DNA of 64,000 bases from an uncultured delta proteobacterium (GCA_963715335.1 CAVQRZ010000014.1:128001-192000); one strand, 5' to 3'; positions 49,884 to 60,595 are shown, numbered from the stretch's first letter. The notes: generated by a model from the letters alone, not told the origin. A program made the numbers and translations.

Positions 49884-50900
49884 ATGACTAAATTTGCCGA
49901 ACATCTTCACGGAGGCCCAGTCACCGATGAAGAAATCAACAGGATTCGCAATGCTCTGCTGTTCGAACAGCCAGAAAGGAAACGCAAACTCACGCGGTTT
50001 TTCTGCCTCCTGGTTCTCGCCGCGTCTATCTCGACATTCGGGCTGATGGCGGACTCTGTCGCGACCGTTATCGGAGCGATGATCGTCGCCCCACTCATGC
50101 TTCCCATCATGGGCATGGCCTTTGGCGTAAGCCTTGCGGACCGCGGGATCATTCTAAATTCGCTAACTGTGTCGATCTTGGGTATAGCCACCGCAATTGC
50201 AGTCGGTTTCCTGCTCACATGGGGATTCCGCAACCTGGTCAACGTAGAGTCGATCACGCAGGTCATGATCCGCACCGAACCAAGGCTTGTCGATCTGTTC
50301 GCGGCACTGGCCACAGGCCTCGCTGGCGCCTTCGCCACCGGGCGGAAAGACGTTTCCGACACGCTTCCCGGGGTTGCTATCGCAATTTCCCTAGTCCCTC
50401 CGTTGACAAATGTGGGAATACTGCTCGCCGCCGGGCTACCGGATCTGGCAATGGGTAGCTTGCTCCTCTTTGTCACAAACTACTTGGCGATCCTTTTGAC
50501 TGGCTCATTGGTGTTCACAATGATGGGGTACCCCCGTGCGTACAACACGCTCCATTCGCGTTCCGCCCGGCGCACCACTGTCGCAATTACCATTGCGCTC
50601 CTCGCGGTTGTAACCATTCCGCTGTCGATGACAAGCTACAAAACCGTCCAGAACATTGTCGCCCAACAGCGTGTGGCAAACATCACCAAGGGCTGGTTGT
50701 CGGGTAGCGACTACCGGCTAGTCTCTGTAAATTCCGGGAATGGTGTGGTAAGGCTCGTCCTCGTTGGCCAGGGAGATCTCCCACCACAACATGACCTGGA
50801 AGATGCACTCCGAGGCAAACTCTTCCATTTGCCGGTCATCCTGGAAGTTCTACCCGGGACACGGAGCAGGTTCGAAACGATTGAGGTTGGCAGCCAGTAG
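49884..50900 (+). CDS. DUF389 (TIGR00341-like) membrane protein, putative gene cassette
   Basis: SVATVIGAMIVAPLM, LPGVAIAISLVPPL; lies between attC-like sites. Confidence 0.88.
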   Translation: MTKFAEHLHGGPVTDEEINRIRNALLFEQPERKRKLTRFFCLLVLAASISTFGLMADSVATVIGAMIVAPLMLPIMGMAFGVSLADRGIILNSLTVSILGIATAIAVGFLLTWGFRNLVNVESITQVMIRTEPRLVDLFAALATGLAGAFATGRKDVSDTLPGVAIAISLVPPLTNVGILLAAGLPDLAMGSLLLFVTNYLAILLTGSLVFTMMGYPRAYNTLHSRSARRTTVAITIALLAVVTIPLSMTSYKTVQNIVAQQRVANITKGWLSGSDYRLVSVNSGNGVVRLVLVGQGDLPPQHDLEDALRGKLFHLPVILEVLPGTRSRFETIEVGSQ

Positions 50901-50918
50901 GTGTCTCATCAAAGTCAC

Positions 50919-50959
50919 GTCCAACAGAGTTCTTGATACTGAGAGCTTGGTCGTTGGAC
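50919..50959 (+). mobile_element. attC-like site 2 (short, probably internally deleted)
   Basis: Perfectly complementary cores GTCCAAC and GTTGGAC; arms resemble site 1 (AAC-AGnnT-TCTTG ... GGyC-GTT). Confidence 0.55.
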
Positions 50960-50982
50960 CGCAAGAAGATTTCCGCTACAAG

Positions 50983-51705
50983 ATGAGTAATCGCAAAACT
51001 AAACGCCCGATTTCGGAGGCAGAGCAGGAATTCCTCAAAGAGGTCCTGAAAAACGCTAAAACCAGTGCCCGCTGCTGGAAAATAGCTAGCGTAAACTCAG
51101 TGCTGTATTATTCCTTATCCGTGCTTGCTTTTGTCGTTGTCTGGAGAGTCATTGCATGGGTGGCGCAAGCGACATTAGGTATTGAGATTGGCTGGCACAG
51201 CCCTGGGGCAGTCTGGATCGCCGCGTTGGGTGCGGTCGCCTGTGTTCCGCCCGCAATCATTTCCAGCGTACGTTGGCTTAAGTCACAGGACGATCTCCGC
51301 CCAGGCCTGCGTGTTGATCTCGAAAAGGGACTGGTAATCGAAGAGGCTTATGAGTTCACTGCGACAAAAAGGTTCCAGGAGCCGGAACATGGCGGTTTGA
51401 TCTATTTTCTGCGAACGACCGAGGACAAGGTTTTGGTATTATTCGACCATGAAAGTCAGGAGCTGGGGGCACAGGGGGGAAACCCCCTGAACAGCAAATT
51501 TCAGCCACGCAAAGAACTTTTGATAGTCCGGGCTCCACAGACCGGAGTTGTTATCAGCCGACTTTTTTCTGGGGCCGCACTCGACGCTGGCGAGCCTCTG
51601 GAGATATCAGTTGAACCACAGACCTGGCCCGAGCCGGGAACTTACTGCAAATACCGATGGGACGAATTGGAAGAATGTCTCAGTAAAAAAACATCGCAAA
51701 GATGA
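50983..51705 (+). CDS. Hypothetical two-TM protein, putative gene cassette
   Basis: ATG about 23 bp after GTTGGAC, and the stop lies 1 bp before the next RYYYAAC: classic cassette geometry. Confidence 0.72.
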   Translation: MSNRKTKRPISEAEQEFLKEVLKNAKTSARCWKIASVNSVLYYSLSVLAFVVVWRVIAWVAQATLGIEIGWHSPGAVWIAALGAVACVPPAIISSVRWLKSQDDLRPGLRVDLEKGLVIEEAYEFTATKRFQEPEHGGLIYFLRTTEDKVLVLFDHESQELGAQGGNPLNSKFQPRKELLIVRAPQTGVVISRLFSGAALDAGEPLEISVEPQTWPEPGTYCKYRWDELEECLSKKTSQR

Positions 51706-51706
51706 T

Positions 51707-51816
51707 GCCCAACCATGTACTCAAGCGGATGGGTAGATACGTTGACGGTTCACGTCGAGGCTGCTGTTCAATGATTAGTGACCAGGCACAGCCAGCTTAG
51801 CCCGGCCCGTCAGGGC
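51707..51816 (+). mobile_element. attC site 3
   Basis: GCCCAAC-CATGT-ACTCAAGC ... GCTTAGC-CCGGCCC-GTCAGGGC; the L boxes pair with one extra base; the core GTT reads GTC. Confidence 0.7.
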
Positions 51817-51874
51817 GATCCCCTCCGATAACTCACTCATTAACAGTTTGTAGCCACGGGGATACGTTCTTGCC

Positions 51875-52182
51875 ATGATCGAAATCCGCAAAACAGACAT
51901 TTTCGTCACATAATTGGACGATTTGCGCGACATTTGTGCAAGGGCCCGCGTTCTGGCCAGAATAGAGCGGCTTGCTGCCGGAAACCCTGGCGACGACAAG
52001 CCTCTCTTTCCGAGGGAGTCCTGGAGTTGCTGATCGATTACGGATACCGTGTGTATCACAAAAAGCGTGGCCAGAAGTTGATTATGCTTCTGGCAGGAGG
52101 CGACATCGCTCGCGCCAAAGGAATGTCACAAGTCGCATGCGCCGCCGGTCTCTCCTGCGAGCCTTTAAGCGCTCTCAGGTGA
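51875..52182 (+). pseudogene. Collapsed type II toxin-antitoxin pair (RelE/HigB-like killer fused to an HTH antidote fragment)
   Basis: MIEIRKTDIFVT*LDDLRD..ARARVLARIERLAAGNPGD..EGVLELLIDYGYRVY..LLAGGD joined directly to IARAKGMSQVA..AGLS. Confidence 0.82.
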
Positions 52183-52206
52183 ACTTCGCTCAATATCACT
52201 GTTGAC

Positions 52207-52238
52207 AGGCCCGACAAGTGTTCCTGGCGGGCCTTTTT
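52207..52238. terminator. Terminator-like hairpin between the TA remnant and the convergent lon
   Basis: AGGCCCG...CGGGCCT followed by T residues. Confidence 0.5.
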
Positions 52239-52262
52239 AAATGTGAGATAGGCTCGCAGCTA

Positions 52263-54695
52263 TCAGAACACGATCTTGTAGACATCGTTAAAGGTCCTGA
52301 CAAAGTGAACCTCCAGCCCTTCCTTAAGGTAGTCCGGCAGTTCTTCGTAATCTCTGCGGTTGTCCTCCGGGAAGACCAGGATCTTGAGCCTTGACCGGCG
52401 CGCCGCGATGGTCTTTTCCTTGAGCCCGCCGATCGCCAGGACGCGCCCGGTCAAGGTCAGTTCGCCGGTCATGCCGAGGCGTTTTTTCACGGTTTTCCCA
52501 CTGATCATCGAAACCAGGGCGGTGGCCATGGTAATGCCTGCCGAAGGACCGTCTTTCGGGGTGGCCCCCGCCGGAACGTGCAAGTGAATAAAATGCTCGT
52601 CGAAGAATTCCGGATCGCCGCCGAAGTCGGTAATGTGGGCCATGACGTAGGAATAGGCGATCTCCGAGCTCTCGATCATCACATTGCCGAGCTGGCCGGT
52701 CTGCTTGAACCCCTTGCTCTTGGCAATCATGGCGGTTGCCTCGATCTGCAGGGTTACGCCGCCGAGGCTGGTCCAGGCCAGACCGGTGACCACTCCGGGG
52801 ACTCCCTCGAAAATCTCGTCGGCGGCAAAGACCGGCTTCTGGAGATAATTCTCCAGTTCATGTGTGCCGATGGTCAACTTCTCCAGGCTGTCATTTTCGG
52901 CAAACTGCATGGCTGCGCGGCGCATTATTTTCTTGATCTGCTTCTCCAGATTGCGGACACCGGCTTCCCGGGCGTAACCATCAATGATTTGTTTGAGCGC
53001 GGCTTTACGAATCGAAATATGGTTGCGTACCAGTCCGTGTGTGCCAAGGGCTTTAGGAATCAGGTAGCGCTTGGCAATTTCAAGTTTCTCCTCGAGGATA
53101 TAGCCTGAAAGACGGATCATCTCCATCCGGTCGAGGAGGGGCCGGGGGATGGTGTCCAGCTGGTTGGCCGTGGCAATGAAGAGTACGTTGGAGAGATCGA
53201 AAGGGACGTCGAGGTAGTGATCACGGAAGCTGCCATTCTGTTCCGGGTCCAGGACCTCAAGCAGCGCCGAGGCAGGGTCGCCCTGGAAGGAAGCACCGAT
53301 CTTGTCAATCTCGTCGAGCATGATGACCGGATTGGCGGTGCCGACAGTTTTCATGGCCTGGATGAACTTGCCCGGCATAGCACCGATGTAAGTGCGGCGG
53401 TGCCCTTTAATCTCAGCCTCGTCACGCATGCCGCCCAACGAGAAACGAAAGAACTCCCGACCGAGGGCATTGGCGATGCTGTGGCCGATTGAGGTTTTGC
53501 CGACCCCGGGGGGGCCGACCAGGCAGAGAATCGACCCGGAAATGTCGCCTTTCATCTTGCCGACGGCGATGAACTCGAGAATCCGCTCCTTGACGTCCTT
53601 GAGACCGTAATGGTCGCGGTCGAGTATCCTCCTCGCCCGGGCGATATTGTACGAATCCTTGCTGAAGAGGCCCCAGGGCAGGATCGTTAGCCAGTCGAGG
53701 TAGCTGCGGCTGACATTGTACTCGGGTGATGATGGTTCAATCAGCTGCAGCTTCTCCAGCTCGTCTTCAACGGCCCGCTCTGCTTCCTCGTTCAACCGAA
53801 GCTTTTTAAGCCGTTTACGGAATTTCTCGATTTCCGTGACTTTGCCCTCTTTTTCCAGCCCCAGCTCCTGCTTGATTGCCTTGAACTGCTCGCGCAGGAA
53901 GAATTCGCGCTGCTGGGCGGAAATCTTCTCTTCGATCTGCTTGGAGATCTTGGTTTGCAGGCGCGACACCTCCAGCTCCTTCTTGAGCAGGACGAGCACC
54001 TTGTCGATGCGTTTGCGGACATCAAAAGTGGCCAGGATGTCCTGCAGCTGCTGACCATCTGAATTGGTCAGGTTTGCAGCGAAATCGGCCAGGCGACCCG
54101 GGTCGTCGAGACTGGAACGGTTCAGAAAGAGCTTGATCTCCTCGCTGTAGAGCGGGTTGATCTGGACAAGTTCCTTGAGCGTGGAAAGGATCGCCATCGA
54201 ATAGGCGCGCAGCTCCGGGTTGACCGAAAGCTCGGTGGCGAAGTGGTAGCGTACCCGCGCATATATCGTCAGCCCGCGCGCCTGGATCTCTTCGATCTCA
54301 AAACGTTCCATGCTGTTGACCAGGATATGTGCTGCGTTCTTCTCGGTGTGGAGGACCTTGATGATTTTTGCGGCGACGCCGACCTTGTGCAGGTTCTCAA
54401 TGCCGTCATCACCATCAAGCTCTCTGACCATGACCAGGCCGATCGACTGGGCCTGGTGCTCCATGGCCTGATGCATTGCCGCCACCTGCGCCTGGCCGTT
54501 GAGAACCAGGGGGATCATGATGCCGGGGAAGGCCGGTCGCGGGCGCAGCGGTATGATCGGCAATCCGGTCGGCAGGACCTCCGAGGCCACCACCAAGCCC
54601 CCCTCGCTGGCGTGCTCCTCGATAATTTCATTCATTTTGTCGTGATCGATTTCAAAATCTGACATCATATCCTCAAATTCATTCTCATCGTGCAT
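52263..54695 (-). CDS. lon: ATP-dependent Lon protease
   Basis: GPPGVGKTS, RRTYIGAMPG, LDEIDK, PKDGPSAG, IGGLKEK; start placed at ATG 54695 after GGAG. Confidence 0.96.
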   Translation of the reverse strand: MHDENEFEDMMSDFEIDHDKMNEIIEEHASEGGLVVASEVLPTGLPIIPLRPRPAFPGIMIPLVLNGQAQVAAMHQAMEHQAQSIGLVMVRELDGDDGIENLHKVGVAAKIIKVLHTEKNAAHILVNSMERFEIEEIQARGLTIYARVRYHFATELSVNPELRAYSMAILSTLKELVQINPLYSEEIKLFLNRSSLDDPGRLADFAANLTNSDGQQLQDILATFDVRKRIDKVLVLLKKELEVSRLQTKISKQIEEKISAQQREFFLREQFKAIKQELGLEKEGKVTEIEKFRKRLKKLRLNEEAERAVEDELEKLQLIEPSSPEYNVSRSYLDWLTILPWGLFSKDSYNIARARRILDRDHYGLKDVKERILEFIAVGKMKGDISGSILCLVGPPGVGKTSIGHSIANALGREFFRFSLGGMRDEAEIKGHRRTYIGAMPGKFIQAMKTVGTANPVIMLDEIDKIGASFQGDPASALLEVLDPEQNGSFRDHYLDVPFDLSNVLFIATANQLDTIPRPLLDRMEMIRLSGYILEEKLEIAKRYLIPKALGTHGLVRNHISIRKAALKQIIDGYAREAGVRNLEKQIKKIMRRAAMQFAENDSLEKLTIGTHELENYLQKPVFAADEIFEGVPGVVTGLAWTSLGGVTLQIEATAMIAKSKGFKQTGQLGNVMIESSEIAYSYVMAHITDFGGDPEFFDEHFIHLHVPAGATPKDGPSAGITMATALVSMISGKTVKKRLGMTGELTLTGRVLAIGGLKEKTIAARRSRLKILVFPEDNRRDYEELPDYLKEGLEVHFVRTFNDVYKIVF

Positions 54696-54877
54696 GGATG
54701 CAGCTCCCCATCGCAAAGATAAATCCTTAGAAAAGCTAATCATTTCAGGTCGTATTGTCAACCACGTCTTGGCGAGTTAATGGTCATATTTAGTTTGGCC
54801 GGGATTTTCTTCTCCTTTGCCTCCAGGTCATCTTGTGAAATAATGCCCGCCACCTGACCCTGAAGGAGCATCGCCAT

Positions 54878-57553
54878 ATGCCTGCCCAGCCCCACAGGAT
54901 TTTCCTGATCGACGGCTCGAGTTATATCTACCGCGCCTACTATGCCATTCGTCATCTGAGTAATTCGCAGGGGATGGCCACCAACGCCATCTACGGCTTC
55001 ACCAATATGCTGCTCAAAGTGATGCGCGACCTGAAACCGGATCAACTGGCGGTGATTTTCGACAGCAAGGGGCCGACCTTCCGTAAAGACCTCTATCCCG
55101 ACTACAAGGCCAACCGGTCGGCGATGCCTGAAGACCTGGTGACACAGATCCCTTATATCAAGAGGGTGGTGGAGGCCTTCGGCCTGCCGGGTATCGAAAT
55201 GCCCGGTTACGAAGCAGATGATATTATCGCCACCCTGGCGAAGAAGTTCGCCGCCCAGGGGATGGAAGTCACCGTGGTGACCGGAGACAAAGACCTGATG
55301 CAGATCGTCAGCGATCGCGTTCACCTGCTCGACACCATGAAGGACAAGATCTACGGTCCCGCTGAAGTCACCGAGCGTTTTGGCGGCGCGGACAAGGTGG
55401 TTGAGGTCCAGGCCCTGTCGGGGGACAGCTCCGATAATATCCCCGGCGTCCCCGGGATCGGCGAGAAAACCGCAAAAATGCTGATCGACGAGTACGGTGA
55501 TGTCGAGACGCTGCTCGCCAACCTTGATCAACTCAAGGGCAAGCGTCGTGAGAACCTGGAGAACTTTGCCGATCTGGCGAGGCTGTCCAAGAAACTGGTG
55601 ACGCTGGTTGATAATCTTGACCTGGCGGTTGATGATCATGACTTTACCCTGACCGAGCCAGACCGTGAAGCCTTGACGAATCTTTTCAAGGAGTGTGAGT
55701 TTTACAAGCTTCTCCAGGAGTTTGCCGTTGACACAAAGGATCGCGCTGAAAGCGCAGGCTACCGGGCGGTCTTATCGGAATCCGGACTTGCAGAACTGGT
55801 CACAGCGCTTGAAGGCTCGCAGCGGTTCGCTTTTGACACGGAAACCACCAGCCTGGATGCCATGCGTGCCGAACTGGTGGGGTTTTCCTTTGCCGTGACC
55901 GCGGGTGAGGCCTGGTACGTCCCGGTCGGGCACCACTACCTCGGGATGCCTGAGCAGCTGCCGCTCGCCAGGGTCCTCGATGCAGTCAGACCGCTGCTCG
56001 CTTCGCCCCACCACCTGAAGATCGGACAGAACCTCAAATACGATATCCTGGTCCTGGCGCGCGCCGGCGTCGAAGTCAGCGGCCCGATCTATGACACTAT
56101 GCTGGCCAGCTACCTGGCCAATCCGGCCGCCCGATCACACGGCATGGACAACCTCGCCGCCGAGCTGCTCAACTACCATACCATCAGCTACAGTGAGGTC
56201 GCCGGCAGCGGCAAGAAGCAGATCAGGTTCGACGAGGTCGAGGTTGAAAAGGCGACCAATTATGCCGCCGAGGACGCCGACATTACTCTGCGCCTTTACG
56301 AAAAACTTGTGCCGATGGTGACCGCGCAAGAGCAGGACCGCCTGTTCAACGACGTGGAGATGCCTCTGCTGCAGATCCTGGTCGAAATGGAGCAGGCCGG
56401 CATTCGCATTAACCCGGAGTTCCTCGGTGGGCTTTCCGCCGAAATGGAGAAGAAACTTGCCGTCCTCGAGGCTGATATCCACCAGCTGGCCGGCGGCCCT
56501 TTCAATATCGGTTCGCCGAAACAGCTCGGCGAAGTGCTCTTTGAGGATCTTGGCCTGCCCAAGGGCAAGAAGACCAAGACCGGCTGGTCGACCGACGTGG
56601 AGGTGCTGAATAATCTCGCCGAGGAACACGAGATAGCCGCGAAGATCCTCGATTATCGTTCGCTGATGAAATTGAAAGGGACATACACCGACGCGCTGCC
56701 GAAACTGATCCATCCCGAAACAGGCCGTATCCACACCAGCTTCAACCAGGCGGTGACGGCCACCGGCAGGCTCTCATCGAGTGATCCCAACCTGCAGAAC
56801 ATCCCGATCCGCACCGAGGAAGGCCGGCGTATCCGCGAGGGGTTCATCCCGTCCGATGGCTGTGTCCTGCTGTCGGCCGATTACTCGCAGGTTGAATTGC
56901 GCATCCTCGCCCATATGGCCGATGAACCGGCGCTCAAGGAGGCCTTTGCCCGTGGCGAGGATATCCATCGCAGCACGGCCAGCGAGGTCCTTGGCCTTTT
57001 CCCCGAGATGGTGACCGACGAACAGCGGCGCGCGGCCAAGGCGATCAATTTCGGTGTTGTCTACGGGATCAGCGCCTTCGGTCTGGCCAAGCAGCTTGGC
57101 ATCAACCGGCGCGAAGCGCAGCAGTTCATCGATACCTACTTTGAACGCTATCCCGGTATCCGCACTTTCATGGACGCCTGTATCGCCCAAGCCCGCGAAA
57201 GGCTGTACGTCACGACCCTGCTCGGCAGACGCTGTGCGATCCCGGAAATCAACAGCAAAAACGGTGCGGTGAGAGGCTACGCGGAACGCAACGCCATCAA
57301 CTACCCGGTACAGGGCTCGGCTGCCGACATCATCAAGCTTGCCATGGTCAAGATTGCTGCCAGTCTTGCCGGTGAAGGGCTGCAAACCCGTATGCTTCTG
57401 CAGGTGCATGATGAACTGGTCTTCGACGTCCCGCAGGCCGAACTCGCAAGGGTCTCGGCGCTTGTCAAAACAGAGATGGAAGGGGCTGTCGACCTGACCG
57501 TGCCGCTTCTCGTCGAAGTTGGCAGCGGTCGCAATTGGCGCGAGGCGCATTAA
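54878..57553 (+). CDS. polA: DNA polymerase I
   Basis: LIDGSSY, EADD, FDTET, TATGRLSSSDPNLQNIP, ADYSQVELR, KAINFGVVYG, QVHDEL. Confidence 0.98.
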   Translation: MPAQPHRIFLIDGSSYIYRAYYAIRHLSNSQGMATNAIYGFTNMLLKVMRDLKPDQLAVIFDSKGPTFRKDLYPDYKANRSAMPEDLVTQIPYIKRVVEAFGLPGIEMPGYEADDIIATLAKKFAAQGMEVTVVTGDKDLMQIVSDRVHLLDTMKDKIYGPAEVTERFGGADKVVEVQALSGDSSDNIPGVPGIGEKTAKMLIDEYGDVETLLANLDQLKGKRRENLENFADLARLSKKLVTLVDNLDLAVDDHDFTLTEPDREALTNLFKECEFYKLLQEFAVDTKDRAESAGYRAVLSESGLAELVTALEGSQRFAFDTETTSLDAMRAELVGFSFAVTAGEAWYVPVGHHYLGMPEQLPLARVLDAVRPLLASPHHLKIGQNLKYDILVLARAGVEVSGPIYDTMLASYLANPAARSHGMDNLAAELLNYHTISYSEVAGSGKKQIRFDEVEVEKATNYAAEDADITLRLYEKLVPMVTAQEQDRLFNDVEMPLLQILVEMEQAGIRINPEFLGGLSAEMEKKLAVLEADIHQLAGGPFNIGSPKQLGEVLFEDLGLPKGKKTKTGWSTDVEVLNNLAEEHEIAAKILDYRSLMKLKGTYTDALPKLIHPETGRIHTSFNQAVTATGRLSSSDPNLQNIPIRTEEGRRIREGFIPSDGCVLLSADYSQVELRILAHMADEPALKEAFARGEDIHRSTASEVLGLFPEMVTDEQRRAAKAINFGVVYGISAFGLAKQLGINRREAQQFIDTYFERYPGIRTFMDACIAQARERLYVTTLLGRRCAIPEINSKNGAVRGYAERNAINYPVQGSAADIIKLAMVKIAASLAGEGLQTRMLLQVHDELVFDVPQAELARVSALVKTEMEGAVDLTVPLLVEVGSGRNWREAH

Positions 57554-57656
57554 GCTGCTGCGGAAACTTGACAAAAATGCCAATAACGGTGATGCTTGCC
57601 AACATCTGTCAGATGAATGGTCTGGCTAATAATTAGGGTTCTAGGGAGGTAAAACA

Positions 57657-58579
57657 ATGAAACATTTGCGTTTGCTACTGTGTGTCTTGGTTGCTCTGCT
57701 GTTATTTTCCGGCTCGGTTTTTGCCTATTTGCAACCGAACGTCAATCTCGGTTTTACGAGTTTCCTTGATGGTGGGCCACCTGCCGGTCCCGGACATTAT
57801 CTCTCTGAATACCTGCAGTTCTATACTGCGGACAATCTGAAGGATTGGCCCTCCAGGTTGATGTTGATGTGGATGTCTGGATTCTGATGAACCAGTATGA
57901 TCTATCAGTCTGATCAGGCCGCTTCTGTTCGGTGGCAAATGGGGTATGAATGTTATGCTGCCGATTGTTGTCCTTGATATGGGAAGTAATCTCGCTTGTC
58001 TTGAAGATAATGGTACCGGACTTGGTGACCTTCTCGATTGGCCCTTACCTTCAGTGGGACCCGATCATGGGAGCCAACGGACCTTTGATGCTCAACCGTA
58101 TCGAATTGCAGACCATTTTTCCGACCGGTAAGTATGATAATGAAAAAGCTCTCAACCCGGGGAGCAATCACTTCTCCTTTAACCCTTACTGGGCTGCGAC
58201 TGTTTTCCTTGGCCCAAAGGCAACAGTCTCTTGGCGTCTACACTATCTTTGGAATGATAAGAATGATGATTACGGACCCGCTAGTGTTGATCTTGAGCCA
58301 GGCGAAGCTGTACACGCAAATTTCTCCGCTGCCTACGAAGTTCTGCCTAAGCAATTACGTCTAGGTATCAACGGCTATTGGTTTGACCAGATTTCAGATA
58401 CCGAGGTTGCCGGAGACAAAGAGAAGGGCATGGAAGAGAAGGTCTTTGCCATCGGGCCCGGCGCCGTCTGGCACTTTTCCCAGGATACACATCTGTTTGT
58501 CAACGCCTACTTCGAAAGTGACGCGGAGAGTCGCCCCGAAGGTGAGCGTTACAACCTGAGGTTCGTGCATCACTTCTAG
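57657..58579 (+). CDS. SphA/phenol-MetA-pathway-type outer membrane channel, frameshifted
   Basis: Signal peptide, [24 protein letters not shown]...[20 protein letters not shown]-terminal RFVHHF. Confidence 0.8.
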
Positions 58580-58606
58580 GCATCATCTGGGTTACAAATG
58601 TTTCCC

Positions 58607-58640
58607 CAAGGCCACCCGATCTCGGGTGGCCTTGTTTTTT
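58607..58640 (+). terminator. Intrinsic terminator
   Basis: CAAGGCCACCCGA-TC-TCGGGTGGCCTTG followed by T6. Confidence 0.88.
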
Positions 58641-58656
58641 GACAAGAAAGACTGGT

Positions 58657-58769
58657 TTAACACAGAGACGCAAAGAACGCAGAGAACTTAATTATATGCT
58701 TAACACCTTGCAAGGACAGAGCGAGCAGGTTTTATGGGAGCCTTCTGCTCTTTGCGCTCTTTGCGTTGA
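58657..58769. repeat. REP-like inverted repeat built from short (A)CGCAAAGA units
   Basis: Left arm TTAACACAGAGACGCAAAGAACGCAGAGAA; right arm TTCTGCTCTTTGCGCTCTTTGCGTTGA. Confidence 0.65.
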
Positions 58770-58869
58770 CATTGCTATGCCTGTTTTCTCCGGCTGTGAC
58801 GCAAATCTTGCCACGGTCAGCCAATCGTGGCATGATGCCCGCCGCTGAAAACTTATACAGGATGTGTTG

Positions 58870-59130
58870 ATGGTTAAAGAGAACGACTTCGTCGCTATAT
58901 TCCATTCGATCCACCGGGTTCTCAAGGCCGAGAAAATTCTCAAGTCTGCGAAGGTCGATTTTCTGTTGATTCCGGTTCCCCGGCAGCTGAACTCAGACTG
59001 CGGCCTTGCCTTGCGTTTCTCGCCTGAAGTCAGAGATGAACTGCTGGCGGTGCTTGCCGACGAAAACCTCCCGCCGGTTGAATTGCACCAACGCAAAGCA
59101 GGGGCCTACCTGGCGGTTGAACCCGGTTGA
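58870..59130 (+). CDS. DUF3343 family protein
   Basis: FHSIHRVLKAEKILK, LIPVPRQLNSDCGLAL. Confidence 0.85.
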   Translation: MVKENDFVAIFHSIHRVLKAEKILKSAKVDFLLIPVPRQLNSDCGLALRFSPEVRDELLAVLADENLPPVELHQRKAGAYLAVEPG

Positions 59131-59245
59131 GTGATGCAGCGGCGGAGCCGCAAGGTACCCGGTTTTCGCTTGACAAAGTCATTACGGGTTCACTAAAGTG
59201 CAACATTTGTCCATACTGGAATCCGGGCAATAGAGTGACGGGCAG

Positions 59246-60595
59246 ATGTTTGACACCTTAACCGAGAAATTTGACAAAGTTTTCAAGCAGTTGCGCGGAC
59301 GTGGGCGCCTCTCCGAAGAGAACATCCAGCAGGCCCTGCGCGAAGTGCGATTGGCACTTCTGGAAGCGGATGTCAATTTCAAGGTTGTCAAGGATTTCGT
59401 GGCTGCGGTTCGTGACCGTGCGGTCGGTCATGATGTCCTGGAGAGTTTGACCCCGGGTCAACAGGTCATCCAGATCGTGCGTGACGAACTGGGCCGGTTG
59501 ATGGGCGGGTCGGAAAATAACCAGCTTGATTTGGACGCCCGTCCGCCGGTGCCGATCATGCTCTGCGGCCTGCAGGGCGCGGGCAAGACCACAACCTGCG
59601 GCAAACTGGCCCTCAAGCTGCGCCGGGAAAAGCGTAATCCGCTACTGGTCCCGGCCGACGTCTATCGGCCTGCTGCGATAGAACAGCTGAAAACCCTCGG
59701 TCGTCAGATCGATGTCCCGGTGTTCGACAGCCGGGCCGATCAGGACCCGGTTGAGATTTGCCGTCAGGCCCTCGCGTTTGCCGACCGGCAGGGTTACGAT
59801 ACACTGATACTTGATACCGCCGGCCGCCTGCATATCGATGATACGCTGATGCAGGAGCTGGAGAGGATTTGCTCCAGCGTGGAGCCGCGAGAAATCCTGC
59901 TGGTGGCAGATGCCATGACCGGCCAGGACGCGGTCAACGTGGCCAGCTCTTTCAACGAGCGACTTGGCCTGACCGGGGTCATTTTGACCAAGCTGGATGG
60001 CGATGCCCGCGGTGGTGCCGCCCTGTCGATACGGGCAGTCACGGGCAAGCCGATCAAGCTGGTCGGCATGGGAGAAAAGCTGGAGGCCCTGGAGTCCTTC
60101 CATCCCGAAAGGATGGCCCAGCGGATTCTGGGTATGGGAGATGTCCTCTCCCTGATCGAGAAGGCCGAAGCCGCTTTTGATGAAAAGGAAGCCGCCAACC
60201 TGGAGCAGCGTCTCCGTGATGACGGTTTCACCCTGGAGACCTTCAAGGAACAGCTCAAGACGATCAAGAAGATGGGATCGATGGAGTCGATGCTGTCACT
60301 GATTCCGGGGGCGGGCAAAGCGCTCAAGAAGATGAATGGGATGCAGCTCCCCGACGATGAGCTGAAAAAGATCGAGGCGATCATCAACTCGATGACGCTC
60401 AAGGAACGACGCAATCACAAGATCATCAACGGTTCGAGGCGGTTGCGTATCGCCAATGGCAGCGGCACGAGGGTGCAGGACGTCAATCAGCTGCTGAAAA
60501 GATTCACCGAAGCCCAGAAAATGATGAAAAAAATGCAGAAGATGGGTCCCAAAGGTATCCGCAGCATGATGGGTCCCGGGGGCTTTCCGATGTAA
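59246..60595 (+). CDS. ffh: Signal recognition particle protein
   Basis: LLEADVN, GLQGAGKTT, DTAGR, TKLDGDARGG and a Met-rich M domain. Confidence 0.98.
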   Translation: MFDTLTEKFDKVFKQLRGRGRLSEENIQQALREVRLALLEADVNFKVVKDFVAAVRDRAVGHDVLESLTPGQQVIQIVRDELGRLMGGSENNQLDLDARPPVPIMLCGLQGAGKTTTCGKLALKLRREKRNPLLVPADVYRPAAIEQLKTLGRQIDVPVFDSRADQDPVEICRQALAFADRQGYDTLILDTAGRLHIDDTLMQELERICSSVEPREILLVADAMTGQDAVNVASSFNERLGLTGVILTKLDGDARGGAALSIRAVTGKPIKLVGMGEKLEALESFHPERMAQRILGMGDVLSLIEKAEAAFDEKEAANLEQRLRDDGFTLETFKEQLKTIKKMGSMESMLSLIPGAGKALKKMNGMQLPDDELKKIEAIINSMTLKERRNHKIINGSRRLRIANGSGTRVQDVNQLLKRFTEAQKMMKKMQKMGPKGIRSMMGPGGFPM

